NCBI GenBank assembly: GCA_965200265.1
Contig: OZ241357.1
Span: forward strand, 194,131 to 258,130
From: Alphaproteobacteria bacterium
GTDB taxonomy: Bacteria; Pseudomonadota; Alphaproteobacteria; UBA2966
Direction: 5' to 3'
DNA length: 64,000 nt
Each line of letters opens with the position of its first letter. The stretch's first letter is position 1. A model generated the notes under the pieces. That model made no database searches, was not told where the DNA came from, and worked only from the letters and a program-made list of their open reading frames with translations. This document shows, piece after piece, positions 29,277 to 40,013 of this stretch. A program made the translations under genes and the position numbers.

Positions 29277-29753
29277 ATGGCGAGATATCACGTATCGGCG
29301 ACCGTCAACGGCGACGAGGTCGATTTCCTCTGCGAACCGGAGCAGACGCTCCTCGACGTGTTGCGCGACGAGTTGCATCTCACGGGCACGAAGGAAGGCT
29401 GCGCGTCGGGCGACTGCGGCGCCTGTAGCGTCATGCTCGACGACCGGCTGGTGTGCTCGTGCCTGGTGATGGGCGCCGAGGTGGGAGACTGCTCCATCGA
29501 AACCATCGAGGGCATGGCGGACGGCGAACGCCTCCATCCCCTGCAACAACAGTTTCTCGACCACGCGGCGCTCCAGTGCGGCTATTGCACGCCGGGGCTG
29601 CTGGTGGCGGCCAAGGCCCTGCTGGAGCGGAACCCGGACCCCACCGAGACGGAGACCCGCTATTGGCTCGCGGGCAACCTCTGCCGGTGCACGGGGTATG
29701 ACAAGATCATTCGGGCCGTTCTCGACACGGCCGCGGAAATGCGAGGAGAGTGA
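29277..29753 (+). CDS. molybdenum hydroxylase family, (2Fe-2S)-binding small subunit
   Basis: Two [2Fe-2S] motifs: C-x4-C-x2-C...C (GCASGDCGACSV) and QCGYCTPG...CRCTGY. Confidence 0.85.
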   Translation: MARYHVSATVNGDEVDFLCEPEQTLLDVLRDELHLTGTKEGCASGDCGACSVMLDDRLVCSCLVMGAEVGDCSIETIEGMADGERLHPLQQQFLDHAALQCGYCTPGLLVAAKALLERNPDPTETETRYWLAGNLCRCTGYDKIIRAVLDTAAEMRGE

Positions 29754-29756
29754 CCC

Positions 29757-32054
29757 ATGTCGGCTGCCGAGGACCTCGACTACCAGGAGAAGCCCCACGA
29801 GTTGAAGTGGGTGGGAACGAACGTCGCCCGCACGGACGGCGTCGACAAGGTTACCGGGAGGGCGCGTTTCGGCGCCGACCTCATCATGCCCGGCATGGTG
29901 TTCGGCGCGGTGCTGCGCAGTCCGCACGCGCACGCGAGGATCAACGGGATCGATACGTCCGGGGCGGAGGCCCTCAAGGGCGTCAAGGCGGTGGTCACGC
30001 GGGACGATTTCGAGGACCAGCCGTCGGAGATGATCCAGGTGGGCGAGCTGACGGTCAACATCCGGGACGTCATCCGCAACGTGCTGGCGCGGGAAAAGGC
30101 CATGTACGACGGTCACGCGGTGGCGGCCGTGGCCGCGACCAGCGCGTCGATCGCGCGCAAGGCGCTGAAGCTCATCGAGGTCGATTACGAGGTGCTGCCG
30201 CACGTCATCGACGTGGTCGAGGCGATGAAACCCGATGCCCCGCTTCTCGACGAGCATCAGTTCACGGACGGCGTGGACCCGAAGCCCGACAGGCCGTCCA
30301 ACGTGGCCAAGCGGCTCGAGATCAAGCTCGGCGACGTGGAGGAGGGATTCGCCGAGGCCGATGTCGTCATCGAGCGCGAATACCGGACACGCCCGGTCCA
30401 TCAGGGCTACATCGAGCCGCACGCCTGCGTGGCGAGCTACACGGAGGATGGTCAGGGCGAGGTCTGGTGCTCGACGCCCGGCCATTTCCTGGTTCGGGCG
30501 ATCACCTCGCGTCTCTGCGGCGTCGAGGTCTCGAAGCTCAAGGTCACGGCCTCCGAGATCGGCGGCGGTTTCGGCGGCAAGAACATCGTCTACTTGGAAC
30601 CCCTCGCCCTGGCGCTGTCGCGGAAGTGCGGACGGCCGGTGAAGATGGCGATGCACCGGAGCGAGGTCTTCCGGGCCACGGGGCCGACGTCCGGCGCCCA
30701 CATGAAGGTGAAGATCGGCGCCCGGCGCGACGGCAGGATTACCGCGGGATGGGCCGAACTGATGTTCCAGGCGGGCGCCTTTCCGGGCTCGCCCGTATTC
30801 CCGGCGGCGATGTGCGCCTATGCGTGCTACGACCTGGAGAACGTGCTGGTGATCGGCTACGACGTCATCGCCAACCGGCCCAAAACGACGGCCTACCGGG
30901 CGCCGGGGGCGCAGATTTCGGCGTTCGCCGTGGAGAGCGCCATGGACGAGATGGCGCGCGAGCTCGGCATCGATCCGGTGGACTTCCGGCTGATGAACGC
31001 CGCCAAGGAGGGGACGAAGGCCGCCTACGGCCCGACGTTCGGACCGATCGGGCAGGTGGAGACCCTGAAGGCCATCAGGAACCACCCGAACTACCGCGCG
31101 CCGCTCGGCCCGAACCAGGGACGCGGGGTCGCGTCGGGGTTCTGGTTCAACATCGGCGGCGAGACCAGCGTTACCATGAACGTCAACGACGACGGCACCG
31201 TCGCGCTGACGATGGGGAACCCCGACCTCAGCGGCACGCGGACGTCCATCTCGGTGATGGCCGCCGAGGAGCTCGGCATCGAGCCCGAGCGCGTCCGTCC
31301 CGCCGTCGGCGATACGACGTCGCTCGGTTTCAACTTCATCAGCGCCGGCAGCCGCACGACGTTCGCCGTCGGCAAGGCGGCGGTGGACGCCGCCCGCGTC
31401 GTGATCGACGAGTTGAGAGGCCGCGCCGCCGCCACCTGGGACATCCCGGTCGAGGCCGTGGTCTGGGAGGACGGGCACGCCCGTCCCGCCAGCAGCAACG
31501 CGGGCGACTTCGAACCCCTGTCGCTGGAGGACATCGCCCGCGACGCGAAGAAGACGGGCGGCCCGATCGCGGGGCACGTGGAGACCAACGTCTCCGGCGC
31601 GGGACCGAGCTTCGCCACCGAGGCGGTCGACGTCGAGGTGGACCCGGAAACGGGGCACATCAAGATCCTGCGCTTCACGGCCGCGCAGGACGCGGGCAAG
31701 GCCATCCAGCCCAACCTCGTCGAGGGCCAGTACCAGGGCGCGGCCGTCCAGGGCATCGGCTGGGCGCTCAACGAGGAGTACATCTACGACGAGCGGGGGC
31801 GGATGGAGAACCCGGGATTCCTGGATTATCGTATGCCCGTGGCCTCGGATCTGCCGATGATCGACGCGGTCATCATCGAGGTCCCGAACCCGAACCATCC
31901 CTATGGCGTCCGGGGCATCGGCGAGACGTCCATCGTGCCGGTGATGGCGGCCGTGGCGAACGCGCTCGAGGACGCGGCCGGTGTCCGGGTTCAGGAACTG
32001 CCCCTGTCGCCGCCTCGGGTCCTGAAGGCCCTCAACGAGAAGAACGGGAGCTGA
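29757..32054 (+). CDS. molybdenum hydroxylase family, molybdopterin-binding large subunit (xanthine dehydrogenase/aldehyde oxidase/CoxL-like)
   Basis: 765 aa with an aldehyde oxidase/xanthine dehydrogenase a/b hammerhead and MoCo-binding domains (GGGFGGK, the active-site E in GIGE near the C-terminus). Confidence 0.85.
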   Translation: MSAAEDLDYQEKPHELKWVGTNVARTDGVDKVTGRARFGADLIMPGMVFGAVLRSPHAHARINGIDTSGAEALKGVKAVVTRDDFEDQPSEMIQVGELTVNIRDVIRNVLAREKAMYDGHAVAAVAATSASIARKALKLIEVDYEVLPHVIDVVEAMKPDAPLLDEHQFTDGVDPKPDRPSNVAKRLEIKLGDVEEGFAEADVVIEREYRTRPVHQGYIEPHACVASYTEDGQGEVWCSTPGHFLVRAITSRLCGVEVSKLKVTASEIGGGFGGKNIVYLEPLALALSRKCGRPVKMAMHRSEVFRATGPTSGAHMKVKIGARRDGRITAGWAELMFQAGAFPGSPVFPAAMCAYACYDLENVLVIGYDVIANRPKTTAYRAPGAQISAFAVESAMDEMARELGIDPVDFRLMNAAKEGTKAAYGPTFGPIGQVETLKAIRNHPNYRAPLGPNQGRGVASGFWFNIGGETSVTMNVNDDGTVALTMGNPDLSGTRTSISVMAAEELGIEPERVRPAVGDTTSLGFNFISAGSRTTFAVGKAAVDAARVVIDELRGRAAATWDIPVEAVVWEDGHARPASSNAGDFEPLSLEDIARDAKKTGGPIAGHVETNVSGAGPSFATEAVDVEVDPETGHIKILRFTAAQDAGKAIQPNLVEGQYQGAAVQGIGWALNEEYIYDERGRMENPGFLDYRMPVASDLPMIDAVIIEVPNPNHPYGVRGIGETSIVPVMAAVANALEDAAGVRVQELPLSPPRVLKALNEKNGS

Positions 32055-32139
32055 CGCGGTTCCGGTCCCGGGACCCGGCGGCACGGTGGGCGGTACGGTG
32101 CCGGACCCGGGGTCCGACCCGGATTGGACCCGATCTTCG

Positions 32140-33672
32140 ATGAGCCCGGTTCGCAACGTCGTCCTCATCACCTCCGACCAGCAGCGCGGCGACTGTTTCG
32201 GTTTCGAGGGACGCAACATCAAGACACCGCACCTCGACGTCATGGCGCGCGGGGGCGCCCGCTTCGCCGCCTGCATCACGCCCAACAACGTCTGCCAGCC
32301 GTCACGCGCCTCGATCCTCACGGGGTTGCTGCCGAACACGCACGGCGTGCACGACAACGGAATCGACCTCGACCCCGCGACCGGCGAGGCGGGTATCGCG
32401 GGGACACTTGCCGACGCCGGGGTAAGAACGGGCTTCATCGGCAAGGCGCACTTCTCGACGGCGGTGACGTTCGAGCCCACGGGCACGCCGGAGAGCCGCC
32501 TGTCGATGGCGGACTACGGACCCGACTGGTTCGGCCCCTACATGGGCTTCGAACACGTGGAGCTGGTGGTTCTGGGCCACAACCGCTGGCATCCCATGGA
32601 ACCCCCCGGCGGCCAGCATTACGAAGCGTGGTACCATGGGGACGGTCTCGGCCGTCTCAAGAACGAGCTTTACGAGACCCGTCTGGAACCGGTCACCGAT
32701 GCCGTCCAGACCTGGCATTCGGCGCTGCCGCCGGCTTGGCACAATTCGACCTGGGTCGGCGACCGGACCATCGATTTTCTCCGCGAGAACAAGGACGAGC
32801 GGTTTTTCCTGTGGGCGTCCTTTCCGGACCCCCACCATCCCTTCGACGCCCCGGAACCGTGGTCGCGGCTGCATCGCCCGGAGGAGGTCGACCTGCCGCC
32901 CGAGCGGACCAAGGACCTCGACCGTCGGCCCTGGTGGCACCGCGCCAGCCTCGAGGGTGTCCCGAAGATCACCGAGGAGATGCGGAAGATCCGCCAGAAC
33001 TACTCCCGCGTCCCGGATCAGACCGACCGTCAGCTCCGGGAGATCATCGCCAACTACTACGGCATGATCTCGTTGATTGACCACAACGTCGGACGCGTTC
33101 TGGCTGCGCTCGCCGACCTCGGCCTTGCCGACGACACGCTGACGATCTACACGGCCGATCATGGCGACTGGCTCGGCGATCACGGACTGATCCTCAAGGG
33201 TCCCATCAATTACGAAGGGCTGGTCCGCGTCGGCCTGATCTTCCAGGGACCGTCGGTGCCGCGAGACCGGGTCGTCGACGATCCGGTCTCGACGCTGGAC
33301 ATACCGGCGACGGTGCTCGACTACATGGGCGTGTCACCGGGCGGCGAGATGCACGGCCGCAGCCTCAAGGGGCTGGTGGACGGCAAGGATGGCGAGAGTC
33401 GGGACTTCGCCTACAACGAATGGGACATCAACGCCTCCCGGTGCGGCGTCGCTCTCGACCTGCGCATGGCGCGCACCCGGACCCACAAACTGACGATCGA
33501 GACCGGATCGAGCACCGGCGAGCTCTACGATCTGAAGAGCGATCCCCACGAAATGGACAACCTGTTCGACGACGACGGCGCCCGGTCCGTTCGCAAGGAA
33601 CTGGAAGACATGATCTCCTCTCGCCCGGACGACGAGGTGGAGGTCAAGCCGACCCCCGTAGGCATGGCATGA
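32140..33672 (+). CDS. Cys-type sulfatase (arylsulfatase/choline-sulfatase-like), no signal peptide
   Basis: Sulfatase signature CQPSRASILTG (C-x-P-S-R formylglycine site) preceded by VVLITSDQQRGD. About 510 aa without an N-terminal signal sequence, so cytoplasmic like BetC. Confidence 0.8.
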   Translation: MSPVRNVVLITSDQQRGDCFGFEGRNIKTPHLDVMARGGARFAACITPNNVCQPSRASILTGLLPNTHGVHDNGIDLDPATGEAGIAGTLADAGVRTGFIGKAHFSTAVTFEPTGTPESRLSMADYGPDWFGPYMGFEHVELVVLGHNRWHPMEPPGGQHYEAWYHGDGLGRLKNELYETRLEPVTDAVQTWHSALPPAWHNSTWVGDRTIDFLRENKDERFFLWASFPDPHHPFDAPEPWSRLHRPEEVDLPPERTKDLDRRPWWHRASLEGVPKITEEMRKIRQNYSRVPDQTDRQLREIIANYYGMISLIDHNVGRVLAALADLGLADDTLTIYTADHGDWLGDHGLILKGPINYEGLVRVGLIFQGPSVPRDRVVDDPVSTLDIPATVLDYMGVSPGGEMHGRSLKGLVDGKDGESRDFAYNEWDINASRCGVALDLRMARTRTHKLTIETGSSTGELYDLKSDPHEMDNLFDDDGARSVRKELEDMISSRPDDEVEVKPTPVGMA

Positions 33673-33734
33673 ATGGCGTGACCGCGCTTCCGGCGGCGCG
33701 AGGACGGCGACGGTTCGGCGGCTGACGCGCTCCC

Positions 33735-34202
33735 ATGGCCCGGCGTCGTCTGCTCATCGTCGCCCACGCGCCCTCGCCCAACACGGAACGGCTGAGAGAG
33801 GCGGTGCTGCGCGGGGCCGCGAGTCCCGAGATCGGGAACGTGGCGGTTCGGGTGGTTCCGCCTCTCGGGGCGGGTCCGGACGACGTCCTCGCGGCGGAGG
33901 CCGTGATCCTGGGCACCACGGAGAACCTGGGATACATGAGCGGGGCGCTGAAGGACTTCTTCGACCGGAGCTACTACCCCTGTCTCGAACGCACGCAGGG
34001 GCTGCCCTACGCCCTCTACGTCCGCGCGGGCCGGGACGGCACGGGGACGCGCCGGGGCGTCGAGACGATCGTCACGGGATTGAGGTGGCGCGCCGTCCAG
34101 GAGCCGCTGATCTGCCGCGGAGAGTGGCGGGACGACTTCGTCGGCCAATGCGAGGAACTCGGGATGGCGATGGCCGCGGGCCTCGAGGCGGGGGTGTTCT
34201 GA
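33735..34202 (+). CDS. flavodoxin-like fold / NAD(P)H-dependent FMN reductase-like protein
   Basis: MARRRLLIVAHAPSPNTERL...AVILGTTENLGYMSGALKDFFDR, the typical flavodoxin-like reductase N-terminus. Confidence 0.55.
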   Translation: MARRRLLIVAHAPSPNTERLREAVLRGAASPEIGNVAVRVVPPLGAGPDDVLAAEAVILGTTENLGYMSGALKDFFDRSYYPCLERTQGLPYALYVRAGRDGTGTRRGVETIVTGLRWRAVQEPLICRGEWRDDFVGQCEELGMAMAAGLEAGVF

Positions 34203-34217
34203 TCCTGTCCTGCCGCC

Positions 34218-34976
34218 CTACTCCGCCGAGGCGAGGCGGAATTGTGCGGCGCCGAACACCGGGCCGCCCCCTTCCTTCTGGACGATGACGACGCAACCGT
34301 CCCGGCCGGCCTCGCGCATGGGGGCGAGGTCGACGGGGATCTCCACGGCGTCCCCGCGCCAGCGTCCGACCTTGCGGATGTTCCGGACGACGTTGTGGTA
34401 CGTGAGCCGCCGTCCCGAATTCTCGCCGTGCAGGACGTCCACCGTCCGCTTGGCGTCGAACTCGATCAGCCAGACGTCGGCGGACGACATCCCGGACCCG
34501 GCGCCGACCCCGATCGTCGCGCGGTCCCGCGTCGACGCGACGAGGGCGACGGGCAACACGTTCCGGGTCGCGCGCCGCGCCTCGGTGATGGTCTTCTCGA
34601 CGTCCTCGATTCGTGACCCGACGACGTCGACAATGCCGTCGATGACCATTTCCGGCGTGTAGACGTATCGCGCGGCGAGGAATTTACCGTGCCGTCGTTG
34701 GCGCACGGTGGACTGCGGCAGGGCGAAGGTGTCCTTCCAGCCGATGTAGTCCCAGTAATCGACGTGGAACGACAGCGCGATGAGGTCGTTGCGCCGGGCC
34801 AGCTCCCCGAGATACGCATCGGCGGGCGGACAGGAACTGCATCCCTGCGAGGTGAACAGCTCGACGACGGTGGGAGATCCGCCGCTCGCCGGCGCCGAGG
34901 CCACCCCCAGCGCCAGGACCGCGGCGGCGAGGCCCGCCAGACCCGTTCGTCGAATACCGTACATGAGTCGGTCCAT
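34218..34976 (-). CDS. DUF1223 domain-containing secreted protein (thioredoxin-like, CxxC)
   Basis: Signal peptide plus VELFTSQGCSSCPPAD, the hallmark of DUF1223. Confidence 0.7.
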   Translation of the reverse strand: MDRLMYGIRRTGLAGLAAAVLALGVASAPASGGSPTVVELFTSQGCSSCPPADAYLGELARRNDLIALSFHVDYWDYIGWKDTFALPQSTVRQRRHGKFLAARYVYTPEMVIDGIVDVVGSRIEDVEKTITEARRATRNVLPVALVASTRDRATIGVGAGSGMSSADVWLIEFDAKRTVDVLHGENSGRRLTYHNVVRNIRKVGRWRGDAVEIPVDLAPMREAGRDGCVVIVQKEGGGPVFGAAQFRLASAE

Positions 34977-35034
34977 ATACGCCACGGCGAGGACACGGGC
35001 CAATCACGCTTCCGTGAGGACGGGGCGCGTGGGT

Positions 35035-37734
35035 CTACGCGGCGGCGGGCTCCTCCAGGAGACTCCGGAGCACGTACCGGAGTATCCCGCCGTGGCGGTA
35101 ATACTCGGCCTCGTCGAGGGTATCGACCCGGCAGGTCAGGGAAATCTCCTCGCTCGAGCCGTCGCTCCGCGTGACGCGGCAGGTCACGTCCATGCGCGGC
35201 GTGATCCCGTCGGCGATACCCTCGATGTCGACGGTCTCGCCGCCGTCGAGCCCCAGCGACCCGCGGTTCGCGCCGTCCTTGAACTGCAACGGCAGAACGC
35301 CCATCCCGACGAGGTTGGAGCGGTGAATGCGCTCGAAACTCTCGGCGATCACCGCTTCGATCCCGAGGAGGCGCGTTCCCTTCGCCGCCCAGTCGCGGGA
35401 CGAACCGGTTCCGTATTCCTTGCCGGCGACGACGACGAGCGGGACCCCTTCGTCCCGGTATTTCATGGCGGCGTCGTAGATCGACATCTCCTCGCCGTCC
35501 GGCATGTGCCGGGTGACGCCGCCCTCGGCGCCGGCGACGACCTCGTTGCGCAGACGGATGTTGGCGAAGGTCCCGCGCATCATGATCTCGTGATTGCCCC
35601 GCCGGGCGCCGTAGGAATTGAATTCCGCCGGCGGCACCTGGCGATCGACCAGGTACGTCCCGGCGGGTCCGTCCCCCTTGATGGAACCCGCCGGCGAGAT
35701 GTGGTCGGTGGTGATGCCGTCGCCCAGCAGGGCCAGTATCCGCGCCCCCGAAATGTCGGCGAAGTCTCCGGGCTCGCGCGGCATATCCTCGAAGAACGGT
35801 GGATGCCGGACGTAGGTGGATCCGATGTCCCACCGGTACGTCAACGACGTGGCGGCCTCGACGTGTCGCCAGGCGTCCGTTCCCGTGAAGACGTCCCCGT
35901 ACCGTCGGCGGAACATTTCGGGCGTCACGCAGGAACGGACGGTCTCCGAAATCTCGCGGTTCGAGGGCCAGATGTCCTTGAGGTAGACCGGCTCTCCATC
36001 GGCCCCCTCGCCCAGCGGTTCGGTCACGATGTCGACGCCCACGTTGCCGGCGATGGCATAGGCCACGACCAGAATGGGCGAGGCCAGATAGTTCAACCTG
36101 GTCCACGGACTCACGCGGCCTTCGAAGTTGCGGTTCCCCGAAAGAATCGCGCCGACGACCAGATCGCCCTCGGAGACCGCCTCGGAGATCGAATCGTCGA
36201 GAGGCCCGGAATTGCCGATGCACGTCGTGCAGCCGTAGCCCACGAGGTTGAAGCCGAGGGCGTCCAGGTCGTCCTGGAGACCGGCTTTCTCGAGATAATC
36301 GGTCACCACCTGCGATCCCGGCGCGAGCGAGGTCTTGACCCAGGGCTTGACCTCGAGACCCCTGATCACGGCGTTGCGCGCGAGCAGTCCGGCGCCCACC
36401 ATGACGCTGGGGTTGGACGTGTTTGTACAGCTCGTGATCGCCGCGATGACGATGTCGCCGTCGGCGAGATCGAAGCCCTTTCCCGCGACCGGCACGGCGA
36501 TCCCCTTCCCGGAGCCGCCCCGCGCCTCCGCGAGCGCTTCCTGAAGCCCCTTCGCCGCCCCGCTCGGCGATATCCGGTCCTGGGGACGCTTGGGCCCCGC
36601 CATGCTTGGCTCGACCTCACCGATGTCGAGCTCGAGGGCGTCGGAGAACTCGGGGTCCGGCGTGCCCGCCTCGCGCCACATGCCCTGCGCCTTGGCGTAG
36701 GCTTCGACCAGCGCGACGCGCCGCGGGTCGCGCCCGCTGAGTTCGAGGTAGGCGAGCGTTTCGCCGTCGATGGGAAAGAATCCGCAGGTCGCTCCGTACT
36801 CGGGAGCCATGTTGGAGATCGTCGCGCGGTCGGCGAGCGAGAGCTCGTCGAGACCGGGCCCGTGGAACTCGACGAACTTGCCCACGACGCCCTTCCGCCG
36901 CAGCATCTGGGTCACGGTGAGCACCAGGTCCGTCGCCGTCGTGCCCTCCCCGAGCGCGCCGGTCAGCTTGAATCCGACGACTTCCGGCACCAGCATCGAG
37001 ATCGGCTGGCCGAGCATGGCGGCCTCGGCCTCGATCCCGCCGACGCCCCAGCCGAGCACCGCGAGGCCGTTGACCATCGTGGTATGCGAGTCCGTGCCCA
37101 CGAGCGTATCCGGATAGGCGACCGTCCGGCCGTCGACATCCGCCGTCCACACCACCCGCGCGAGGTATTCCAGGTTGACCTGATGGCAGATGCCGGTCCC
37201 CGGCGGGACCACGCGGAAGTTGTCGAACGCGGACTGGCCCCAGCGCAGGAACGCGTATCGTTCCCTGTTGCGCCGCATCTCCGTCTCGACGTTGGCGCGA
37301 AACGCGTCGGCGGAGCCGAACCGGTCCACCATCACCGAGTGATCCACGACCAGGTCGACCGGAGACAGGGGATTGATCCTCGTCGGATCGCCTCCCAGGT
37401 CGGACATCGCGGCCCGCATCGCCGCAAGGTCGACGACGGCGGGAACGCCCGTGAAGTCCTGCATCAGCACGCGAGCCGGCCGGTAGGCGATCTCCCGGGC
37501 GGAGGGCCGGGTCGCCGACCAGCCGGCGAGATCCGCGACGTCGTCGACCGTCACGGTCCGCCCGTCCTCGTGCCGCAGGAGATTCTCGAGCAGGACCTTC
37601 AACGAGAAGGGAAGCCGGGAGACGTCCCCGAGTCCGGCGTCCGCCGCCGCCTCCAGACTGAAATAGTCACAGGACTCGCCGTCCACGCCCAACGTGCGAC
37701 GCGCGCCCAATGTGTCCTGGCCGATGGTCGTCAC
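35035..37734 (-). CDS. acnA: aconitate hydratase A
   Basis: 899 aa. Aconitase family motifs include the [4Fe-4S] cysteines ([17 protein letters not shown]) and the C-terminal swivel domain. Confidence 0.9.
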   Translation of the reverse strand: MTTIGQDTLGARRTLGVDGESCDYFSLEAAADAGLGDVSRLPFSLKVLLENLLRHEDGRTVTVDDVADLAGWSATRPSAREIAYRPARVLMQDFTGVPAVVDLAAMRAAMSDLGGDPTRINPLSPVDLVVDHSVMVDRFGSADAFRANVETEMRRNRERYAFLRWGQSAFDNFRVVPPGTGICHQVNLEYLARVVWTADVDGRTVAYPDTLVGTDSHTTMVNGLAVLGWGVGGIEAEAAMLGQPISMLVPEVVGFKLTGALGEGTTATDLVLTVTQMLRRKGVVGKFVEFHGPGLDELSLADRATISNMAPEYGATCGFFPIDGETLAYLELSGRDPRRVALVEAYAKAQGMWREAGTPDPEFSDALELDIGEVEPSMAGPKRPQDRISPSGAAKGLQEALAEARGGSGKGIAVPVAGKGFDLADGDIVIAAITSCTNTSNPSVMVGAGLLARNAVIRGLEVKPWVKTSLAPGSQVVTDYLEKAGLQDDLDALGFNLVGYGCTTCIGNSGPLDDSISEAVSEGDLVVGAILSGNRNFEGRVSPWTRLNYLASPILVVAYAIAGNVGVDIVTEPLGEGADGEPVYLKDIWPSNREISETVRSCVTPEMFRRRYGDVFTGTDAWRHVEAATSLTYRWDIGSTYVRHPPFFEDMPREPGDFADISGARILALLGDGITTDHISPAGSIKGDGPAGTYLVDRQVPPAEFNSYGARRGNHEIMMRGTFANIRLRNEVVAGAEGGVTRHMPDGEEMSIYDAAMKYRDEGVPLVVVAGKEYGTGSSRDWAAKGTRLLGIEAVIAESFERIHRSNLVGMGVLPLQFKDGANRGSLGLDGGETVDIEGIADGITPRMDVTCRVTRSDGSSEEISLTCRVDTLDEAEYYRHGGILRYVLRSLLEEPAAA

Positions 37735-37993
37735 GGCGCGGTCCTCCCGTCGTCGATCTCCGGGCCTCGCGCCCGCGTTCTCGCGCTATCAATCACAAAC
37801 CCGGCGCGAGGGCCAGCCCCCGCGGCCGTTTTCGGCGCACCCGGCGCGCGACGGAACGGTGGCGTGTGGCGTGTTGCGCGGCCCGGCAATGTTGCTAATG
37901 TTCCGGCGACGCAAAGGGAGCATCCGGCTCCGGCGCGTTCGGGCGGCGCCCGCCGCCCGCCGCCATGTCGCAAGGCTCGGGGGTGGTCACGTC

Positions 37994-39988
37994 ATGACGC
38001 CGGAAGCCGGTGAGGCGCCGAAGCACCTCGACACCTTTCCGAAGGTATTGCTCGATCTCGCGGAGAGACGGCCCGACGGAGTCGCCATCCGCGAGAAGGA
38101 CTACGGCATCTGGCAGTCGTGGACCTGGAAGGAGGTCGCCGACGAGGTCCGGGCGTTCGCCGGCGGGTTGGCGGGTTTCGGCTTCGAGCGCGGCGACAAG
38201 GTCGCCATCGTCGGCGACAACCGTCCGCGCCTCTACTGGGCGATGCTGGCGACGCAGGCGCTGGGCGGCGTGCCGGTCCCTCTCTATCAGGACTCGATCG
38301 CCGACGAGATGCAGTACGTGATCGACCACGCCGGGGTGCGGTTCGCGGTCCTCGAGAACCAGGAGCAGGTCGACAAGGTCCTCTCCGTGAAGGAACGGTG
38401 CCCCGGGCTCGAAACGCTCGTCTATGGTGATCCGCGCGGTCTTCGCCACTATCGGGAGCCGTTCCTGTTCTCCTTCGACGACGTTCAGTCACGCGGACGA
38501 AAGGCCCACGCCGACGACCCCGACCGTTACCGGCGCGAGATCTCGAAGGGGCGGGGAGAAGACCTCTCCGTCATCCTCTACACGTCGGGCACCACCGGCC
38601 GGCCCAAGGGCGTGATGCTGAGCAACGACAACGTCATCGTGACGGCGCGCAACGCCAATGCACTGGAGCGCATACGCGACGACGAGGAAATCCTCGCCTA
38701 CCTGCCCATGGCCTGGGTCGGCGATCACTTCTATTCGTATGCCCAGGCGCTGCTGGCGGGATACACCGTGAACTGCCCCGAGAGCGCCTCGACGGTCATG
38801 ATCGATCTGCGCGAGCTCGGACCCACCAACTTCTTCGCGCCGCCGCGAATCTTCGAGAACCTGATCACCCACGTCATGATCCGCATGGAGGACGCGGCGT
38901 GGATCAAGCGCAGGATGTTCGACTTCTTCCTCGACGTGGCCAGGCGGTCGGGCGCCAGGATACTGGAGAAGAAGCCGGTGCCGGCCGCGGACCGGCTGCT
39001 CTACGCCCTGGGCGACGTGCTCGTGTACGGACCCCTGAAGGACAGCCTGGGATTCACGCGCATCCGAACGGCCTACACGGCGGGCGAGGCGATCGGACCC
39101 GATATCTTCGACTTCTTTCGCGCCCTCGGCATCAATCTCAAACAGCTCTACGGACAGACGGAGGCGTGCGTCTACGTGACGGTGCAGGCGGACGACGAGG
39201 TCAAGTCCGACACCGTGGGCAAGGCCGGACCCGGCGTCGAGCTGAAGGTCTCCGACGGCGGCGAGGTCATGTACCGCAGTCCGGGCGTGTTCCTGGGCTA
39301 CTACAGGAATCCCGAGGCGACGGCGGAGACGAAGACCGAGGACGGCTGGGTGCGCACGGGAGACGCCGGTATCCTCGGCGAGGACGGGCAGCTCAGGATC
39401 ATCGACCGCGCCAGGGACGTGGGACGGCTCAACGACGGGACGATGTTCGCGCCCAAGTACATCGAGAACAAGCTCAAGTTCTTTCCCAACGTCAAGGAGG
39501 CCGTCACGTTCGGCGACGGGCGGGACTACGTCGGGGCCTTCATCAACATCGACCTGGACGCCGTTTCCAGCTGGGCGGAACGCCAGGGGCTGCCGTACAC
39601 CAGCTATACCGACCTGAGCGCCAAGGACGAGGTCTACGCCATCGTCCAGGATCACATCGAACGGGTGAACCGCGACCTGGCGGGCGATTCGACGCTCGCG
39701 GGTTCCCAGGTCCGCCGCTTCCTCATCCTGCACAAGGAGCTCGACGCCGACGACGGCGAGCTGACGCGCACCCGCAAGGTTCGCAGGCGAACGATCGGCG
39801 AGCGCTACGACCGGCTCATCGAGGCGCTGTACTCCGACGGCGACAGCGTATCGGTCGAGGCCAGGGTGACGTTCGAGGACGGCCGGGAAGGCTCCATCAA
39901 CGCCGACCTCAAGATTCGGGACGCGGCGGTCGTCGGCCCCCGGACGCCGCCGCCGGCCGAGGCCGTCGAACCGCGCGCCGCGAACTGA
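37994..39988 (+). CDS. long-chain-fatty-acid--CoA ligase-like AMP-binding enzyme (ABC-transporter-associated type)
   Basis: Real start MTPEAGEAPKH (ATG 37994). AMP-binding signature ILYTSGTTGRPKGV and YGQTE...GWVRTGD...K. Confidence 0.8.
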   Translation: MTPEAGEAPKHLDTFPKVLLDLAERRPDGVAIREKDYGIWQSWTWKEVADEVRAFAGGLAGFGFERGDKVAIVGDNRPRLYWAMLATQALGGVPVPLYQDSIADEMQYVIDHAGVRFAVLENQEQVDKVLSVKERCPGLETLVYGDPRGLRHYREPFLFSFDDVQSRGRKAHADDPDRYRREISKGRGEDLSVILYTSGTTGRPKGVMLSNDNVIVTARNANALERIRDDEEILAYLPMAWVGDHFYSYAQALLAGYTVNCPESASTVMIDLRELGPTNFFAPPRIFENLITHVMIRMEDAAWIKRRMFDFFLDVARRSGARILEKKPVPAADRLLYALGDVLVYGPLKDSLGFTRIRTAYTAGEAIGPDIFDFFRALGINLKQLYGQTEACVYVTVQADDEVKSDTVGKAGPGVELKVSDGGEVMYRSPGVFLGYYRNPEATAETKTEDGWVRTGDAGILGEDGQLRIIDRARDVGRLNDGTMFAPKYIENKLKFFPNVKEAVTFGDGRDYVGAFINIDLDAVSSWAERQGLPYTSYTDLSAKDEVYAIVQDHIERVNRDLAGDSTLAGSQVRRFLILHKELDADDGELTRTRKVRRRTIGERYDRLIEALYSDGDSVSVEARVTFEDGREGSINADLKIRDAAVVGPRTPPPAEAVEPRAAN

Positions 39989-40013
39989 CGGCGCCGGCCG
40001 GAGCCCTCGTCCC

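Noticed and set aside
29196-32486. 1096-aa minus-strand ORF across the Mo-hydroxylase genes
   Set aside because: Antisense to three collinear subunit genes with clear cofactor motifs.
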